A DNA stretch of 64,000 bases from an uncultured Chthonomonadaceae bacterium (GCA_963835065.1 CAWIEK010000049.1:160001-224000); one strand, 5' to 3'. Positions 48,287-58,425 are shown, counted from the stretch's first letter. The notes: a model not told the origin generated them from the letters alone. Program-made: numbers and translations.

Positions 48287-50161
48287 TTACATTTCCTGTG
48301 GCGAGGACACGCCGAGCAAGGTCAGCAGGTTGCTAAGGACGATACGCGCGCCGTTGACAAGGGCGAGACGGGCAAGGCAAAGGTCGGGTTCAACGGGCTT
48401 GTCGCCGCGCGGAAGCACCTGACAGTTTTCATAAAAGATATTGAGCAGGGAAGCCATGTCTATGCCGTAGTGAGTCAGCCGGTGCGGGGCGTACTTTTCC
48501 GCCGCAACGCGGACTTCTTCGGGATAGTCGGCCAGTTTGCGCAGCAAGTCCAGTTCGGAGGGCTGTACCAGCAGGGAGCGATCTACCGTTTGGGCAGGCG
48601 TCAGCGCAATGCCCTCCGCCTGCGCTTTGCGCAGGATGCTGCACAAACGGGCGTGGGCGTACTGCACGTAATAAACCGGATTTTCCTTGTCCTGCCGCTT
48701 GGCAAGTTCGACGTCAACAGTGGCGGGCGTTTCGTAAGAGTTGAGCAGGAAGTAGAAGCGGGCGGCGTCCCTGCCGATGTCGTCAATCAAATCTTCTTTG
48801 AGTTCGATGACATTGCCCTGCCGCTTGCCGCCGATGACCGCTTCGCCATCCCGAACCAGCGATACCATCTGCGTGAGGACGATTTCGAGGTTTTCAGGCG
48901 CGTAACCGAGCGCGGCGACACCCGCTTTCAAACGCGCCACGTAGCCATGATGGTCAGCCCCCCAGATATTGATGAGTTTGGAAAAACCGCGCGAGAATTT
49001 ATTGTCGTGGTACGCGGCGTCGGCGGCGACATACGTGGCCTTTTCGTTGGAGCGGACCAGAACGCGATCTTTATCATCGCCAAGCGCGGATGAGCGTATC
49101 CACAGCGCGCCGTCCTGCATGTAGGTGTAGCCGCGCTCCGTAAGCGTGGCGATAGCCCGGTCTACGGCCTTGTTTTCGTACAGGCTGCTTTCATAAAACC
49201 AGGTATCGTAATGCAGGCCGAAGGCGTCTAATGCGGCTTCCTGCGCTGCAATCATACCCTGCAGGGTTTGCTGCCGGAAAAATGCGGAGGCTTCTTCCAC
49301 GCTGATAGCGGTATGGTACGTATCGGGCATGGGAACGCCGAGTGCCTGCGCCACTGCGCCCGCATAGCGATTGCCGACTTCATCCACAATGGAACGGGCA
49401 ATATCCTTCACATATTCGCCGCGATAGCCGTTTTGGGGAAAAGGAACGGGCGGCAGGCTGGTGGCTGACGCCGAATTCGCGTCTGCACCGGAACCGGACA
49501 CGGAACCGGCTGTGGAATTCGACTCGGCAGTGGTTTCACCGCTTTCGTTTTGGAACAGCAGGGGATGTCCAAGCTGCTGCAGATACCGTGCCATGACCGT
49601 TTCGCCGAACTTTTCCAGTTGCAGCGAGTTCAGGGCGTCATTAATGTAAAACTCGCGGCTGACTACGCAGCCCTGCGAAGCGAAAAGGTTTCCCAGCACG
49701 TCGCCAAGCACGGCAGCCCGCCCGTTGACAACGCTGATAGGGCCGGTGGGATTGGCGCTGACAAATTCAAGAAGGATGTGTTCGCCCTGCCGCGCATTGG
49801 ACGTGCCGTAGCAGCGGTCTTCAGTTTCAATCTTGACAAGGGTATCCTGAAGCCAAGTGGGTTTGAGGTAGAAATTCAGGAAGCCGGGACCGGCCACTTC
49901 CACGCGATTAATAAGCGTGTTGTCGGGCGGAAGGTGGCGCAGGATGCGTTCGGCAATGTCGCGGCTGTTGTTCAAGCCGGTCGGTTTTTTCAGTGTGAGC
50001 GCGATATTGGAGGAATAATCGCCAAACTGCTTGTTGGCAGGCGTTTCCAGCTTCACGACAACGCTATCGTCGTTGAGAGCGGCCTCGGCAGGAAACTCGC
50101 CCGCGTCCCGCGCGGCAAAAACGGCAGCCGTGACAAGCGCGGCAAGGGCATCAGTAATCAC
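48287..50161 (-). CDS. argS: Arginine--tRNA ligase
   Basis: FGDYSSN, AGPGFLNF, EFVSANPTGP, GDDKDRV, WGADHHGY and NPVYYVQYAHARLCSI motifs. Confidence 0.95.
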   Translation of the reverse strand: MITDALAALVTAAVFAARDAGEFPAEAALNDDSVVVKLETPANKQFGDYSSNIALTLKKPTGLNNSRDIAERILRHLPPDNTLINRVEVAGPGFLNFYLKPTWLQDTLVKIETEDRCYGTSNARQGEHILLEFVSANPTGPISVVNGRAAVLGDVLGNLFASQGCVVSREFYINDALNSLQLEKFGETVMARYLQQLGHPLLFQNESGETTAESNSTAGSVSGSGADANSASATSLPPVPFPQNGYRGEYVKDIARSIVDEVGNRYAGAVAQALGVPMPDTYHTAISVEEASAFFRQQTLQGMIAAQEAALDAFGLHYDTWFYESSLYENKAVDRAIATLTERGYTYMQDGALWIRSSALGDDKDRVLVRSNEKATYVAADAAYHDNKFSRGFSKLINIWGADHHGYVARLKAGVAALGYAPENLEIVLTQMVSLVRDGEAVIGGKRQGNVIELKEDLIDDIGRDAARFYFLLNSYETPATVDVELAKRQDKENPVYYVQYAHARLCSILRKAQAEGIALTPAQTVDRSLLVQPSELDLLRKLADYPEEVRVAAEKYAPHRLTHYGIDMASLLNIFYENCQVLPRGDKPVEPDLCLARLALVNGARIVLSNLLTLLGVSSPQEM

Positions 50162-50198
50162 GAACAAAGCTCCTTAAAACGCATATTAAAGTAACAGG

Positions 50199-50246
50199 CC
50201 CTCAACCCCTAACCCCTTCTCCCAAAAAGCCTGGGAGAAGGGGAAC
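50199..50246 (+). repeat. REP-like palindromic element, variant (relatives at 2087-2166 and 53694-53730)
   Basis: ccctcaacccctaaccccttctcccaaaaagcctgggagaagggg. Confidence 0.7.
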
Positions 50247-50261
50247 TATTAGAATAGGTTC

Positions 50262-51473
50262 TTAATGGTGGCTGAAGTGGGCATAGGCGACGGTCAGCAG
50301 GAAATAGACTCCTGAAACGGTCAGCATCCCGATCATATTTTGTAAAATTCCCATGCACCAGATACGGCGAACGAGCGTGGGACGGACAGGCGCGCTGGTG
50401 TAATATGTTTCCAGCAGGGCGCGGGCGGCGGCGATGCCACTGGCAATCTGGCGCGGCGAGGCGGGGCGCGTCGTGAACACCGCCTGCAGGAACGTGCCGA
50501 CGCGCCGCCATGTGAACAGCGTCACCAATCCTGACAGCAGCAGGGCGGACTCTACATCCAGACGCAGCAGGCTGACAAGCAAGGGACACAACGAAAACAG
50601 CACGAGTCCGATTGCCATGATGTTGGTTCCGCAGCGCGGGTGCGGGCGCGGCATACGGCATACGATTTCGGGCAGCAGGCGCTCGTTACGCTCGATGGCA
50701 TGAACCGTCTGATGTTCCGCCGCATGGTAGCCGGCGAGACTGGTGGCGCGCATCAGGCCGAAGAAAACAAGATACGTGAACATTTTCAGGCCGAAGCCGA
50801 GCAGACCGACGACGGGCGGCAGGCGCGTTCCCATGTCATCCACATCAAGCAGGTCGCTGCCCTGCGGCAAATGAACGACATGCTGAAGCCATTGCAGGCT
50901 GTAATCGGTGACATTGGCGGCGAACAGCAGCAGCGCGCCGATAATCATGCCGGAAACAATCAGGGCAAAATTGCCGGCTCCCGCCTGAACGGTTCCATCC
51001 GTGAGATACACGCCGAACGGAGTCGCCATGCCGCCGATGCTGCCGGGACGGGACATGGGCGCTTCGGCGGTGAGAAGGTCGTTGTATACAACCACGCCAA
51101 GCGCGTAGCCGTCCTCATCCACAACCGGCAGGGCGCACATCAAATCAAGGTTGTGCGCGATAAACAGATTACGCGCTTGTTCGGGCGTCAGGCCGGATGA
51201 GATGACAACTTCCGGGTAACGCATCACTTCGGCAACGGGGCGGCGCAAAACAAGTTCAACTTTCGATACGTCCGGCTGCTGAAGCAGGATATTCACATCG
51301 GACTGGTGAATAATGCCGACAACCTTGCCGTTTTGCAGAATCGGCAGGCTGCTGCAGGCGCATTGACGGCATACCCGTACAAAGCGTTCCAGGCTGTCTT
51401 CGGCATGGAGCGGCGGAACCGCCCGCAATACGGCGCGTAGGGAAGAGGGTGTCGTGTAAAATCCTGCGGACAT
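50262..51473 (-). CDS. CBS-pair + DUF1385 membrane protein
   Basis: N-terminal CBS pair (LPILQNGKVVGII, LPVVDEDG); DUF1385 motifs IGGMA, YHAAEH and HPRCGT. Confidence 0.8.
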   Translation of the reverse strand: MSAGFYTTPSSLRAVLRAVPPLHAEDSLERFVRVCRQCACSSLPILQNGKVVGIIHQSDVNILLQQPDVSKVELVLRRPVAEVMRYPEVVISSGLTPEQARNLFIAHNLDLMCALPVVDEDGYALGVVVYNDLLTAEAPMSRPGSIGGMATPFGVYLTDGTVQAGAGNFALIVSGMIIGALLLFAANVTDYSLQWLQHVVHLPQGSDLLDVDDMGTRLPPVVGLLGFGLKMFTYLVFFGLMRATSLAGYHAAEHQTVHAIERNERLLPEIVCRMPRPHPRCGTNIMAIGLVLFSLCPLLVSLLRLDVESALLLSGLVTLFTWRRVGTFLQAVFTTRPASPRQIASGIAAARALLETYYTSAPVRPTLVRRIWCMGILQNMIGMLTVSGVYFLLTVAYAHFSHH

Positions 51474-51480
51474 AATGCTG

Positions 51481-51510
51481 ATTATACACTCCTTATGCCT
51501 GTGTTTGCAA
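51481..51510 (-). promoter_or_regulatory. Sigma-70 promoter, near-leaderless transcript
   Basis: Minus strand TTGCAA-18 bp-TATAAT, then 7 nt to the ATG at 51473. Confidence 0.65.
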
Positions 51511-51693
51511 GGGAGAGTAGATAGGTAGACGTTAGACGTTAGAAGGTAGATGGTAAACAGTAGTAGAATACGCCATAAGGGCGATGTGGAGGACGTGGGT
51601 TCGAGGCGTAAGTAGAGTGAATGTTGCGGCGACAGCGAACGGAATTGGCGGAGCATGGGAGTACATGATGCGGAAATTTAGCGATGGAGCGGC

Positions 51694-52583
51694 ATGAGCG
51701 AACAAGCGGTATTAATTGTGAATACGAAGTCTCGGCGCGGTACGGGAATGTTTCGCGCAGGCGCAGCAGGAACTCCGGCAACGGGGAGTAAAAGTTGGGC
51801 AGGCTTTGGCTTGCCGCGATCCCAGGCAGGTTCCTATCGCCGTTAAGAAAGCGGTCTAGCAGGGGGCGCGGCTGGTGATTGTGGGCGGGGGTGATGGCAC
51901 ACTGGGGAATACTGTTGACGCATTTGTCGGAACCGAAAGCGTTCTGGGAGTGCTGCCGCTGGGAACGGGTAACGAATTTGCGCGGGATTTGTGCATACCG
52001 CAGGATGTGGCTTCGGCCTGTGATGTGATTGCAAACGGCAAGGTGACAGCCGTTGATCTGGGCATCGTAAACAAGCATTATTTTATTAATGTGGCGACAG
52101 TGGGGTTGACCACGCTGATTGCGCAGGAATTGACTCCCGATGCCAAAAAGCGATTGGGCAAACTCGTGTATCTTTTTGCTGTCGTTCGCGGCTCTAATGC
52201 GCGTTCGTCCTTTTTGCGTGACGCTGAAGACGGCAGAGGAGACGCAAAGCTGCACGGCGCTGCAAGTGGTTATCGGGAACGGCAGATTTCATGCCGGCCC
52301 GTTTCCCCTTTCGCCGGACGCGACGATTACGGACGGCAAACTGGTGGTGTACGTTCTGGCGGGAACAAGCCGCTGGAGTTTGCTGCGTTACGCGCTGAAC
52401 CTGCCGGGTGGGCATCATGTGGAACTGCCCAATGTGCCGGCTATTACAACACAGGGCGGGCGGTTAGAAACTTCGCCTGTGGAGCGCGTGACTGTAGACG
52501 GCGAAATCTGCCAGCATACGCCCTTAGATTTTGGGGTTGCGCCGCGCGCTTTGCGGGTGATGACTCCCCTGAGTTTCGAATGA
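51694..52583 (+). CDS. Diacylglycerol kinase-family (YegS/BmrU) lipid kinase, apparent frameshifts near 51740-51850 and 52190
   Basis: MSEQAVLIVNTKSRRG at 51694; GGGDGTL, LPLGTGNEFAR, GNGRFHAG and VDGE motifs across frames. Confidence 0.85.
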
Positions 52584-52670
52584 AGCATCGGAGTTTTGAA
52601 TAACGCGAAGGCGTAAGGTTTTGGGCGGGAAACGTATTGAGCATAACATGAACGCGGAAACGAGGGAAGC

Positions 52671-53609
52671 GTGGATTCGAACCAATTGGCGCAAAAGGCG
52701 CAGCGGGTTGTGGAGGCTGTGGAAACAGCGATTGTCGGCAAGAAGGAAGTGGTAGAATTAGCTCTCGCGGTGCTGCTGTCAAACGGGCATTTGCTGATTG
52801 AAGACATTCCGGGCGTCGGCAAAACCACGCTGGCGAAGGCGTTTGCCCATGCGCTTGGGCTGTCGTTCAAGCGCATCCAGTTTACGCCCGATTTGCTGCC
52901 TTCCGATATTACCGGCTCGTCCATTTACAACCAGAAAACCGAAGATTTTGAAATGCGCGGCGGGCCGGTGTTCGCCAATATCGTGCTTGCAGATGAGATC
53001 AACCGCACCACGCCTAAAACGCAGGCCGCGCTTTTGGAGTGTATGGAGGAGCGGCAGGTGACGATAGACGGCATTGCCCATGAACTGCCTTCGCCTTTTT
53101 TCGTAATCGCAACCCAAAATAACATCGAAATGGCCGGCACGTATCCCCTGCCCGAAGCGCAGTTGGATCGGTTCGCGGCGCGGCTGGCGATGGGCTACCC
53201 GGATCGGGAAGCGGAAATGCGTATTTTGGGCGGGCAGTACAAAGCCCTCCCGGTGGAAACAATTCAGCCCGTAATGAACGCGCCGGAGATTCTGGAAATG
53301 CAAAGCGCGGTTCGGGAGATTCACGTTGATGTGAGTGTTCAGGAGTATATTCTGGATGTGGTGGGCGCAACCCGAACGCTGCCCGCTGTGGCGCTTGGGG
53401 CCAGTCCGCGCGGCAGTTTGGGACTGCTCCATGCGGCGCAGGCGCGGGCGGCTTTGATGGGACGGGATTTTGTTTTGCCGGACGATGTGAAGGTTCTCGC
53501 GCCCGCCGTGCTTGCGCACCGGATCATTGTTCGGCCTGAGCAGCGTATTCGCGGCACGACGGCCTTTGCCTGCATCGAGGAGGCTCTGAACCGCGTTCCG
53601 GTCAGATAA
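52671..53609 (+). CDS. MoxR-family AAA+ ATPase
   Basis: [36 protein letters not shown]. Confidence 0.95.
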   Translation: MDSNQLAQKAQRVVEAVETAIVGKKEVVELALAVLLSNGHLLIEDIPGVGKTTLAKAFAHALGLSFKRIQFTPDLLPSDITGSSIYNQKTEDFEMRGGPVFANIVLADEINRTTPKTQAALLECMEERQVTIDGIAHELPSPFFVIATQNNIEMAGTYPLPEAQLDRFAARLAMGYPDREAEMRILGGQYKALPVETIQPVMNAPEILEMQSAVREIHVDVSVQEYILDVVGATRTLPAVALGASPRGSLGLLHAAQARAALMGRDFVLPDDVKVLAPAVLAHRIIVRPEQRIRGTTAFACIEEALNRVPVR

Positions 53610-53619
53610 TCTGAAATAC

Positions 53620-53667
53620 GGGTGTTCAGGTGTTCGATATTGGTATTCGGATTGGTGTTCGGGTATT
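53620..53667 (+). repeat. 7/8-mer tandem array (GGTGTTCA/GGTATTC)
   Basis: gggtgttcaggtgttcgatattggtattcggattggtgttcgggtatt. Confidence 0.65.
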
Positions 53668-53748
53668 GTTATACCGGTAGCGAACACATTCATAGCCTCT
53701 TCTTCCAACAAAGCGTGGGAGAAGGGGAGTTGCTGTTTTGGCGAGGAG

Positions 53749-54996
53749 ATGTGGATGCAGTTCAGCAAATGGGTGACGCTGCTGTTTAGCTCGCTGTGCC
53801 TGATGGCGGTTGCGGGAATCCTGCGCCAGCCTCACCTGTATTATATGGCGGCGATTTTGCTGACCCTGCCGGGCGTGAGTTACCTGCTGGGGTGGTTCGC
53901 TTTGCGCGGGCTGGAATTCGAGCGGGAAATGCCGCAGATGGCGTGGGAGGGCGAAGAAAGCCGGCTGCACTACATCGTTCGCAATCCCTCGCGTATCGCG
54001 CGGTTTTTTCTGTCCATTCAGGAAACGCTGCCGGCCTGGGTGGAAATGACGGACGAGGAACCGCAGTTGTTCAATGTGGCCGCAGACGATGTGGCGGGCG
54101 TGACGCAAAAGGTGCGGTTTTTGCGGCGGGGCGTGTTTGCCGCCAATGGTTTTGACGTGACGGCGATGGATCCGCTCGGCGTGTTCGCGTTTACCCGGCA
54201 TATCCCCTGTGAGGGTGAACTGGTGGTCTATCCGATGCCGCAGGCAATGAATACTAATGCGTTGAGCGGCGCGGAACGGCATGGATGGCAGGAATTTACG
54301 TCACGGCTTTTGCGGGGCAGCAGCGTGGACCCGGACGGCGTTCGTCCCTACGTGCCGGGGGATTCGATGCGGCGGATACACTGGCGGCAAACCGCCCGTA
54401 CTGGCAAATTGAGTGTAATCGAATTCGAGGAAACGCTGGCAAGCAATCTGGTAATCGCGCTTGATCTGGAAGACGGCAGCGTGGTTGGCGATGAGCAGGA
54501 CAATACGCTGGAATACGCGGTGCGAATCGCCGCTTCGCTGGCGCAGGAAGCGGCGGATCAGGGCGCAACCGTGCGGCTGATGCTGCCTCCGTCGCAAACT
54601 TTTGCCCCGACTATTGCGGCATTCGATGGCAGGGGGCAGTCCCATTTGCTGTTGATACTGGATACGCTGGCGCGGGTGGAAGCGACGGTAAAAACTCCGA
54701 TGCGTGAATGGCTGGTGGAACAGGCCGCAAGCGTCCGGTCAGGGACAACGCTGGCCGTTGTCACTGCCAAACCCGATCCCGGCTTGACGGATGCGTTTGC
54801 TCCCTACCTGGGCGTTGGGGTCAAGGTAGGCATGGTTTTCGTGGATCCCAATTCCTTCCGCGCAGCGAGCAATGCCCAACAGATTGAAATGTCGCGTTAT
54901 TTCCTCGCCGCCATGACCACCCTGCATCTCCCGACGTATGTGGTGCGGCATGAGGAAAAGGGCCTGCTGAATCCCGAGGAGTTCGTATATGGATAA
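53749..54996 (+). CDS. DUF58 domain protein
   Basis: RRG..DPLG, VRPYVPGDSMRRIHWRQTAR and EYAVRIAAS motifs. Confidence 0.92.
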   Translation: MWMQFSKWVTLLFSSLCLMAVAGILRQPHLYYMAAILLTLPGVSYLLGWFALRGLEFEREMPQMAWEGEESRLHYIVRNPSRIARFFLSIQETLPAWVEMTDEEPQLFNVAADDVAGVTQKVRFLRRGVFAANGFDVTAMDPLGVFAFTRHIPCEGELVVYPMPQAMNTNALSGAERHGWQEFTSRLLRGSSVDPDGVRPYVPGDSMRRIHWRQTARTGKLSVIEFEETLASNLVIALDLEDGSVVGDEQDNTLEYAVRIAASLAQEAADQGATVRLMLPPSQTFAPTIAAFDGRGQSHLLLILDTLARVEATVKTPMREWLVEQAASVRSGTTLAVVTAKPDPGLTDAFAPYLGVGVKVGMVFVDPNSFRAASNAQQIEMSRYFLAAMTTLHLPTYVVRHEEKGLLNPEEFVYG

Positions 54997-57238
54997 TCGA
55001 ATTGGATTTTCAAAGCCCGGTGGAACTCTTCAAGAGGATGCGGACGCGGCACATACGCAGCTTCCGGTAAGTATCTGGCTTTATATTGCGGGATTATGCG
55101 TCACGCTGTCGGGCCTGTATGCGGTGAACTTCGGCCTGGAAGATGCGTCCTTCGCCAACTTGTCCTACGGTTTAGCCATCGCGGGGTACGTGTTCAGCTA
55201 TGTGATTCGCGCGCGTGGGGTTGATGTGAACGCCATAAAGATGCCGCTGCTGATGAGCGGGGCTTTACTGTTTCTGGCGTATGTGAGCGGCAGTGGAGCG
55301 GGCTGGCTGATTCCTGCGGGGGTGGGAGACAACCGCTCTCAGGCAATGCAGGTCTTATTTGCCTGGGTAGCGATTGTTCATACGTTTACGCTGCTCAATG
55401 ACGCTTCGGTGCTGTTTGCCTGTGTGCCGGGAATGACAATGCTGGCGCTGGTCAGTACGGTGTCGCCGGATCAGGAAATACAGAATGCCTTTGTAGTGTT
55501 TGTCGCCGCGTCCACATTTTTGATGGTGCATGAAAACTATTTGCGAACGCGCAATGCGAAAACACTGCGCGCGTTGGTGGCGGGCAGCGGGCGTTTATTT
55601 GGCGGGCAGTTGCTGCTGACAGGCGTTTGCTTGTTCGGGGCGTTGATGTTGGGAAATCTAGTTGCCGTGCCGATTGAAATGGCCGGGCGGTCTTTGTTTA
55701 GCGCGAGTTTCACGCCGCAAGCGGATACGCTCACGCGGCCCAAGCCAAATACCATTTTCACGGTCAACGTAAATGAAAAAACTACGTTCACGCTGGCACA
55801 GGGGCCGGTGACGGAAAGCGATACGCCTTTGCTGCGTATTCAGTCGCCGCGAAGCATGTACTGGCGGGGCACGACATTCAGTACCTACACGGGCACGAGT
55901 TTTCAAAATCAGGAGCAGTCCTCCGATGTGAGGCCGTTGACAGGGGAACAGCCGGAGGAATCGCAAGTCCTCCAACTGAGGAAATTTGCGAATGCCTTCG
56001 GCGCAGGGACGTTTCTGAACAGATTTATTTATAAAGTCCCGGCCAACCCCTACGAATTATCGCCGGAAGATATGCAAGGCAGCCATCAGGAAAAACAGGA
56101 GATTCAGGTGCTTGGGGGCGTTTTCAGCAGTTTGTATGGCGCGGGGTATGCGCGGGAAGTAACGACAGACCTTCCGAGCCTGCGCTATAATTTTGCGGGA
56201 ACGCTGCTGGCAGATGTGCCGGTGTCAACTTTTTATGAGATGGTTGCCCAGACGCCGACGCAGGATGAGGAAAAATTGCGGCAAGCGCCGTCAGAAATCA
56301 GCGAAGTGCCCACGGACATACGCCGCGCTTATTTGCAGCTTCCGGGCCAAAATGGGGAAGATACCGAGCGCGTCAAGCAGTTGGCGCAGCGTTTGACACA
56401 GGACAAAACGAACAATTTCGATAAGGCGGAAACACTGCGCAGTTATGTGGCTGCCACTTGTAAGTATAATCTGCAAGCGTCGCGCGCGCCCGCGGAACGG
56501 GATGTCGTGGCCTGGTTCCTGCTGGATAAGAAGGAGGGGTATTGCGATAGTTTTGCGGCGGCGCTGACGATGCTTTGCCGCTATGCGAACATTCCGGCTC
56601 GCCTTGCGTCCGGTTTTTTGCCGGGAGAGATCGAATCCGATGGAACGTACCTGGTTCGGGAAAAGCATAAGCATGTGTGGACGGAAGTGTTCTTCCCGCA
56701 TATCGGCTGGGTTCCTTTCGATGCGACGGATGGGACGACAGACATTTCCGACCACAGCAGCGGAACGAAAAAGCCGCAGGTAAATTTTGTGAAATGGCTG
56801 ATGTCGCATGGCAGCCTGCCCATTGCGGTGGCGGTGGCGATGGCCGGGCTGTTGGGGTATGTGGTAAAGACGGAAGTGGTGGACCGGGTTCGCCAGCGGC
56901 ACAACGGCGCGGCGGAAGTTTTCGTTCGTCCATCGGCAAACCTGCAGGTGATGGCGGCGTATGCGCAGGCGGACGGTTTGCTTCGACGGAAGGGGCTGAT
57001 TCGTTTGCCGCACCAGACGCCGGATGAGTATCAGGCGCAACTGGCGGCGCAGCTTCACGTTGCCTTGCCGGACGTGACGCGGGACATGGCGCAATTGACC
57101 GGGCTGTTTACGCGATTCAGGTATGGGCGCGAGACGGCGATGCGCGAGGATGTGGAAACGGCGCAGAAGTTGGCGGCTTCCATACGCGAAGGGCTGCAGG
57201 CGGCAAATCGGCGCGATATGGCGAGTATGAAGAGCTAA
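54989..57238 (+). CDS. Transglutaminase-like membrane protein (DUF3488/TgpA with C-terminal DUF4129)
   Basis: YWRG, GYCDSFA, ARLASGF and HVWTEVFFP..GWVPFDAT (Cys-His-Asp triad). Confidence 0.9.
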   Translation: MDNRIGFSKPGGTLQEDADAAHTQLPVSIWLYIAGLCVTLSGLYAVNFGLEDASFANLSYGLAIAGYVFSYVIRARGVDVNAIKMPLLMSGALLFLAYVSGSGAGWLIPAGVGDNRSQAMQVLFAWVAIVHTFTLLNDASVLFACVPGMTMLALVSTVSPDQEIQNAFVVFVAASTFLMVHENYLRTRNAKTLRALVAGSGRLFGGQLLLTGVCLFGALMLGNLVAVPIEMAGRSLFSASFTPQADTLTRPKPNTIFTVNVNEKTTFTLAQGPVTESDTPLLRIQSPRSMYWRGTTFSTYTGTSFQNQEQSSDVRPLTGEQPEESQVLQLRKFANAFGAGTFLNRFIYKVPANPYELSPEDMQGSHQEKQEIQVLGGVFSSLYGAGYAREVTTDLPSLRYNFAGTLLADVPVSTFYEMVAQTPTQDEEKLRQAPSEISEVPTDIRRAYLQLPGQNGEDTERVKQLAQRLTQDKTNNFDKAETLRSYVAATCKYNLQASRAPAERDVVAWFLLDKKEGYCDSFAAALTMLCRYANIPARLASGFLPGEIESDGTYLVREKHKHVWTEVFFPHIGWVPFDATDGTTDISDHSSGTKKPQVNFVKWLMSHGSLPIAVAVAMAGLLGYVVKTEVVDRVRQRHNGAAEVFVRPSANLQVMAAYAQADGLLRRKGLIRLPHQTPDEYQAQLAAQLHVALPDVTRDMAQLTGLFTRFRYGRETAMREDVETAQKLAASIREGLQAANRRDMASMKS

Positions 57239-57239
57239 A

Positions 57240-58376
57240 ATGGAAATCGTGTATAAGAGTGGGGCGCCTGCGGTGATGTGGAAACCGGCGCTTCAGCGGG
57301 TATATGCTTTGTTCGGGGAGGAAGACCGCTTGAAAGAGGAAGCGGTTGCCGCTCTGACAAAGCATGTCGTGGAACCGGATTTTGCGGATTTCGATATGGA
57401 AACGCTGGATGCCGGAACCCACACGGCGGATGAAATTCTGGCTTCGCTGGCGCAGGCTCCGTTTGGATCGGAGCGGCGGTTTGTTGTCGTCAAGGGCATG
57501 GAGTTGTGGCGGGAGCGGGGCAAGAACTCCGAAGCGGAGCGGCTGGCGGAGGGATTGAGTCGGCAGTCGGACGCGACGTGCCTGGTGCTGGTCGTGGCGG
57601 CGGAGGAAGAGGAAGAGCGGCGCAAGACGGCGGTAACAACGAAACTGGACAACGCGATCAAGAAGTATGGGGCGCTGGTGGCCTGCCGCGCCTTGAAGGG
57701 GGATAGCCTGACGGCGTGGATTGCAGCTCGGGTGAAGCAGGAAGGCAAGCGCATTGACAGCGGGGCGGCGGAGCAACTGATCCAGAACGCCGGTACCGAA
57801 ATGCTGGTTTTGGAGCAGGAGATTATCAAACTGGCCTGCTTTAGTGGCGACAGGGAGTTGATTACGGGGCGGGATGTGGCGATGGTTGTGGCGGCAAGCC
57901 CGGAAGACGTGATGTTTACGACGGTGGACGCGATCACGCGGCGGCAGACGGACAGGGCATTGCTGCTGTTGGCGGAACTGCACCGGTACGATCCCAAACC
58001 GCAGGCGGTGGCGGGGAAGCTGCTGGCGCTATTGGCGCGGCAGTACCGGATGCTGTGGCAGGCCAAGTATTTGAGCGACAAGCGCATCAATCCCCGCGAC
58101 GTGCGTTCGCTTCCCCCGGATATGGCGGCGGAACTTCCCGGTGACAGCAACATCGCGCAACTGGCGTTCAAAGCGGCGGATTTGTTTGCAGCCTCCAAGA
58201 ATTACAAGTGGGAAGAACTGACGGGGGCGCTGGAAAAGCTGCTGCTGTGCGATCTGGCGAACAAGGGCGGCACGACGGATGAAATGGGAACGTTCGGAGC
58301 CGACCCCGCGCGGAATTTACAACTGCTTGTGCTGGATTTGACGGGGGCGTCTCAGGCGAAAACAGCGGCGCGGTGA
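57240..58376 (+). CDS. holA: DNA polymerase III subunit delta
   Basis: VYALFGEE, APFGSERRFVVVK and LEQEIIKL motifs; convergent with rpsT. Confidence 0.9.
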   Translation: MEIVYKSGAPAVMWKPALQRVYALFGEEDRLKEEAVAALTKHVVEPDFADFDMETLDAGTHTADEILASLAQAPFGSERRFVVVKGMELWRERGKNSEAERLAEGLSRQSDATCLVLVVAAEEEEERRKTAVTTKLDNAIKKYGALVACRALKGDSLTAWIAARVKQEGKRIDSGAAEQLIQNAGTEMLVLEQEIIKLACFSGDRELITGRDVAMVVAASPEDVMFTTVDAITRRQTDRALLLLAELHRYDPKPQAVAGKLLALLARQYRMLWQAKYLSDKRINPRDVRSLPPDMAAELPGDSNIAQLAFKAADLFAASKNYKWEELTGALEKLLLCDLANKGGTTDEMGTFGADPARNLQLLVLDLTGASQAKTAAR

Positions 58377-58395
58377 GCCGTAAATGAGGAAAAGT

Positions 58396-58425
58396 AGCCG
58401 CAAATGGACGCGAATGGACGCGAAT
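58396..58425 (+). repeat. 10-mer triplet repeat
   Basis: agccgcaaat-ggacgcgaat-ggacgcgaat. Confidence 0.85.
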
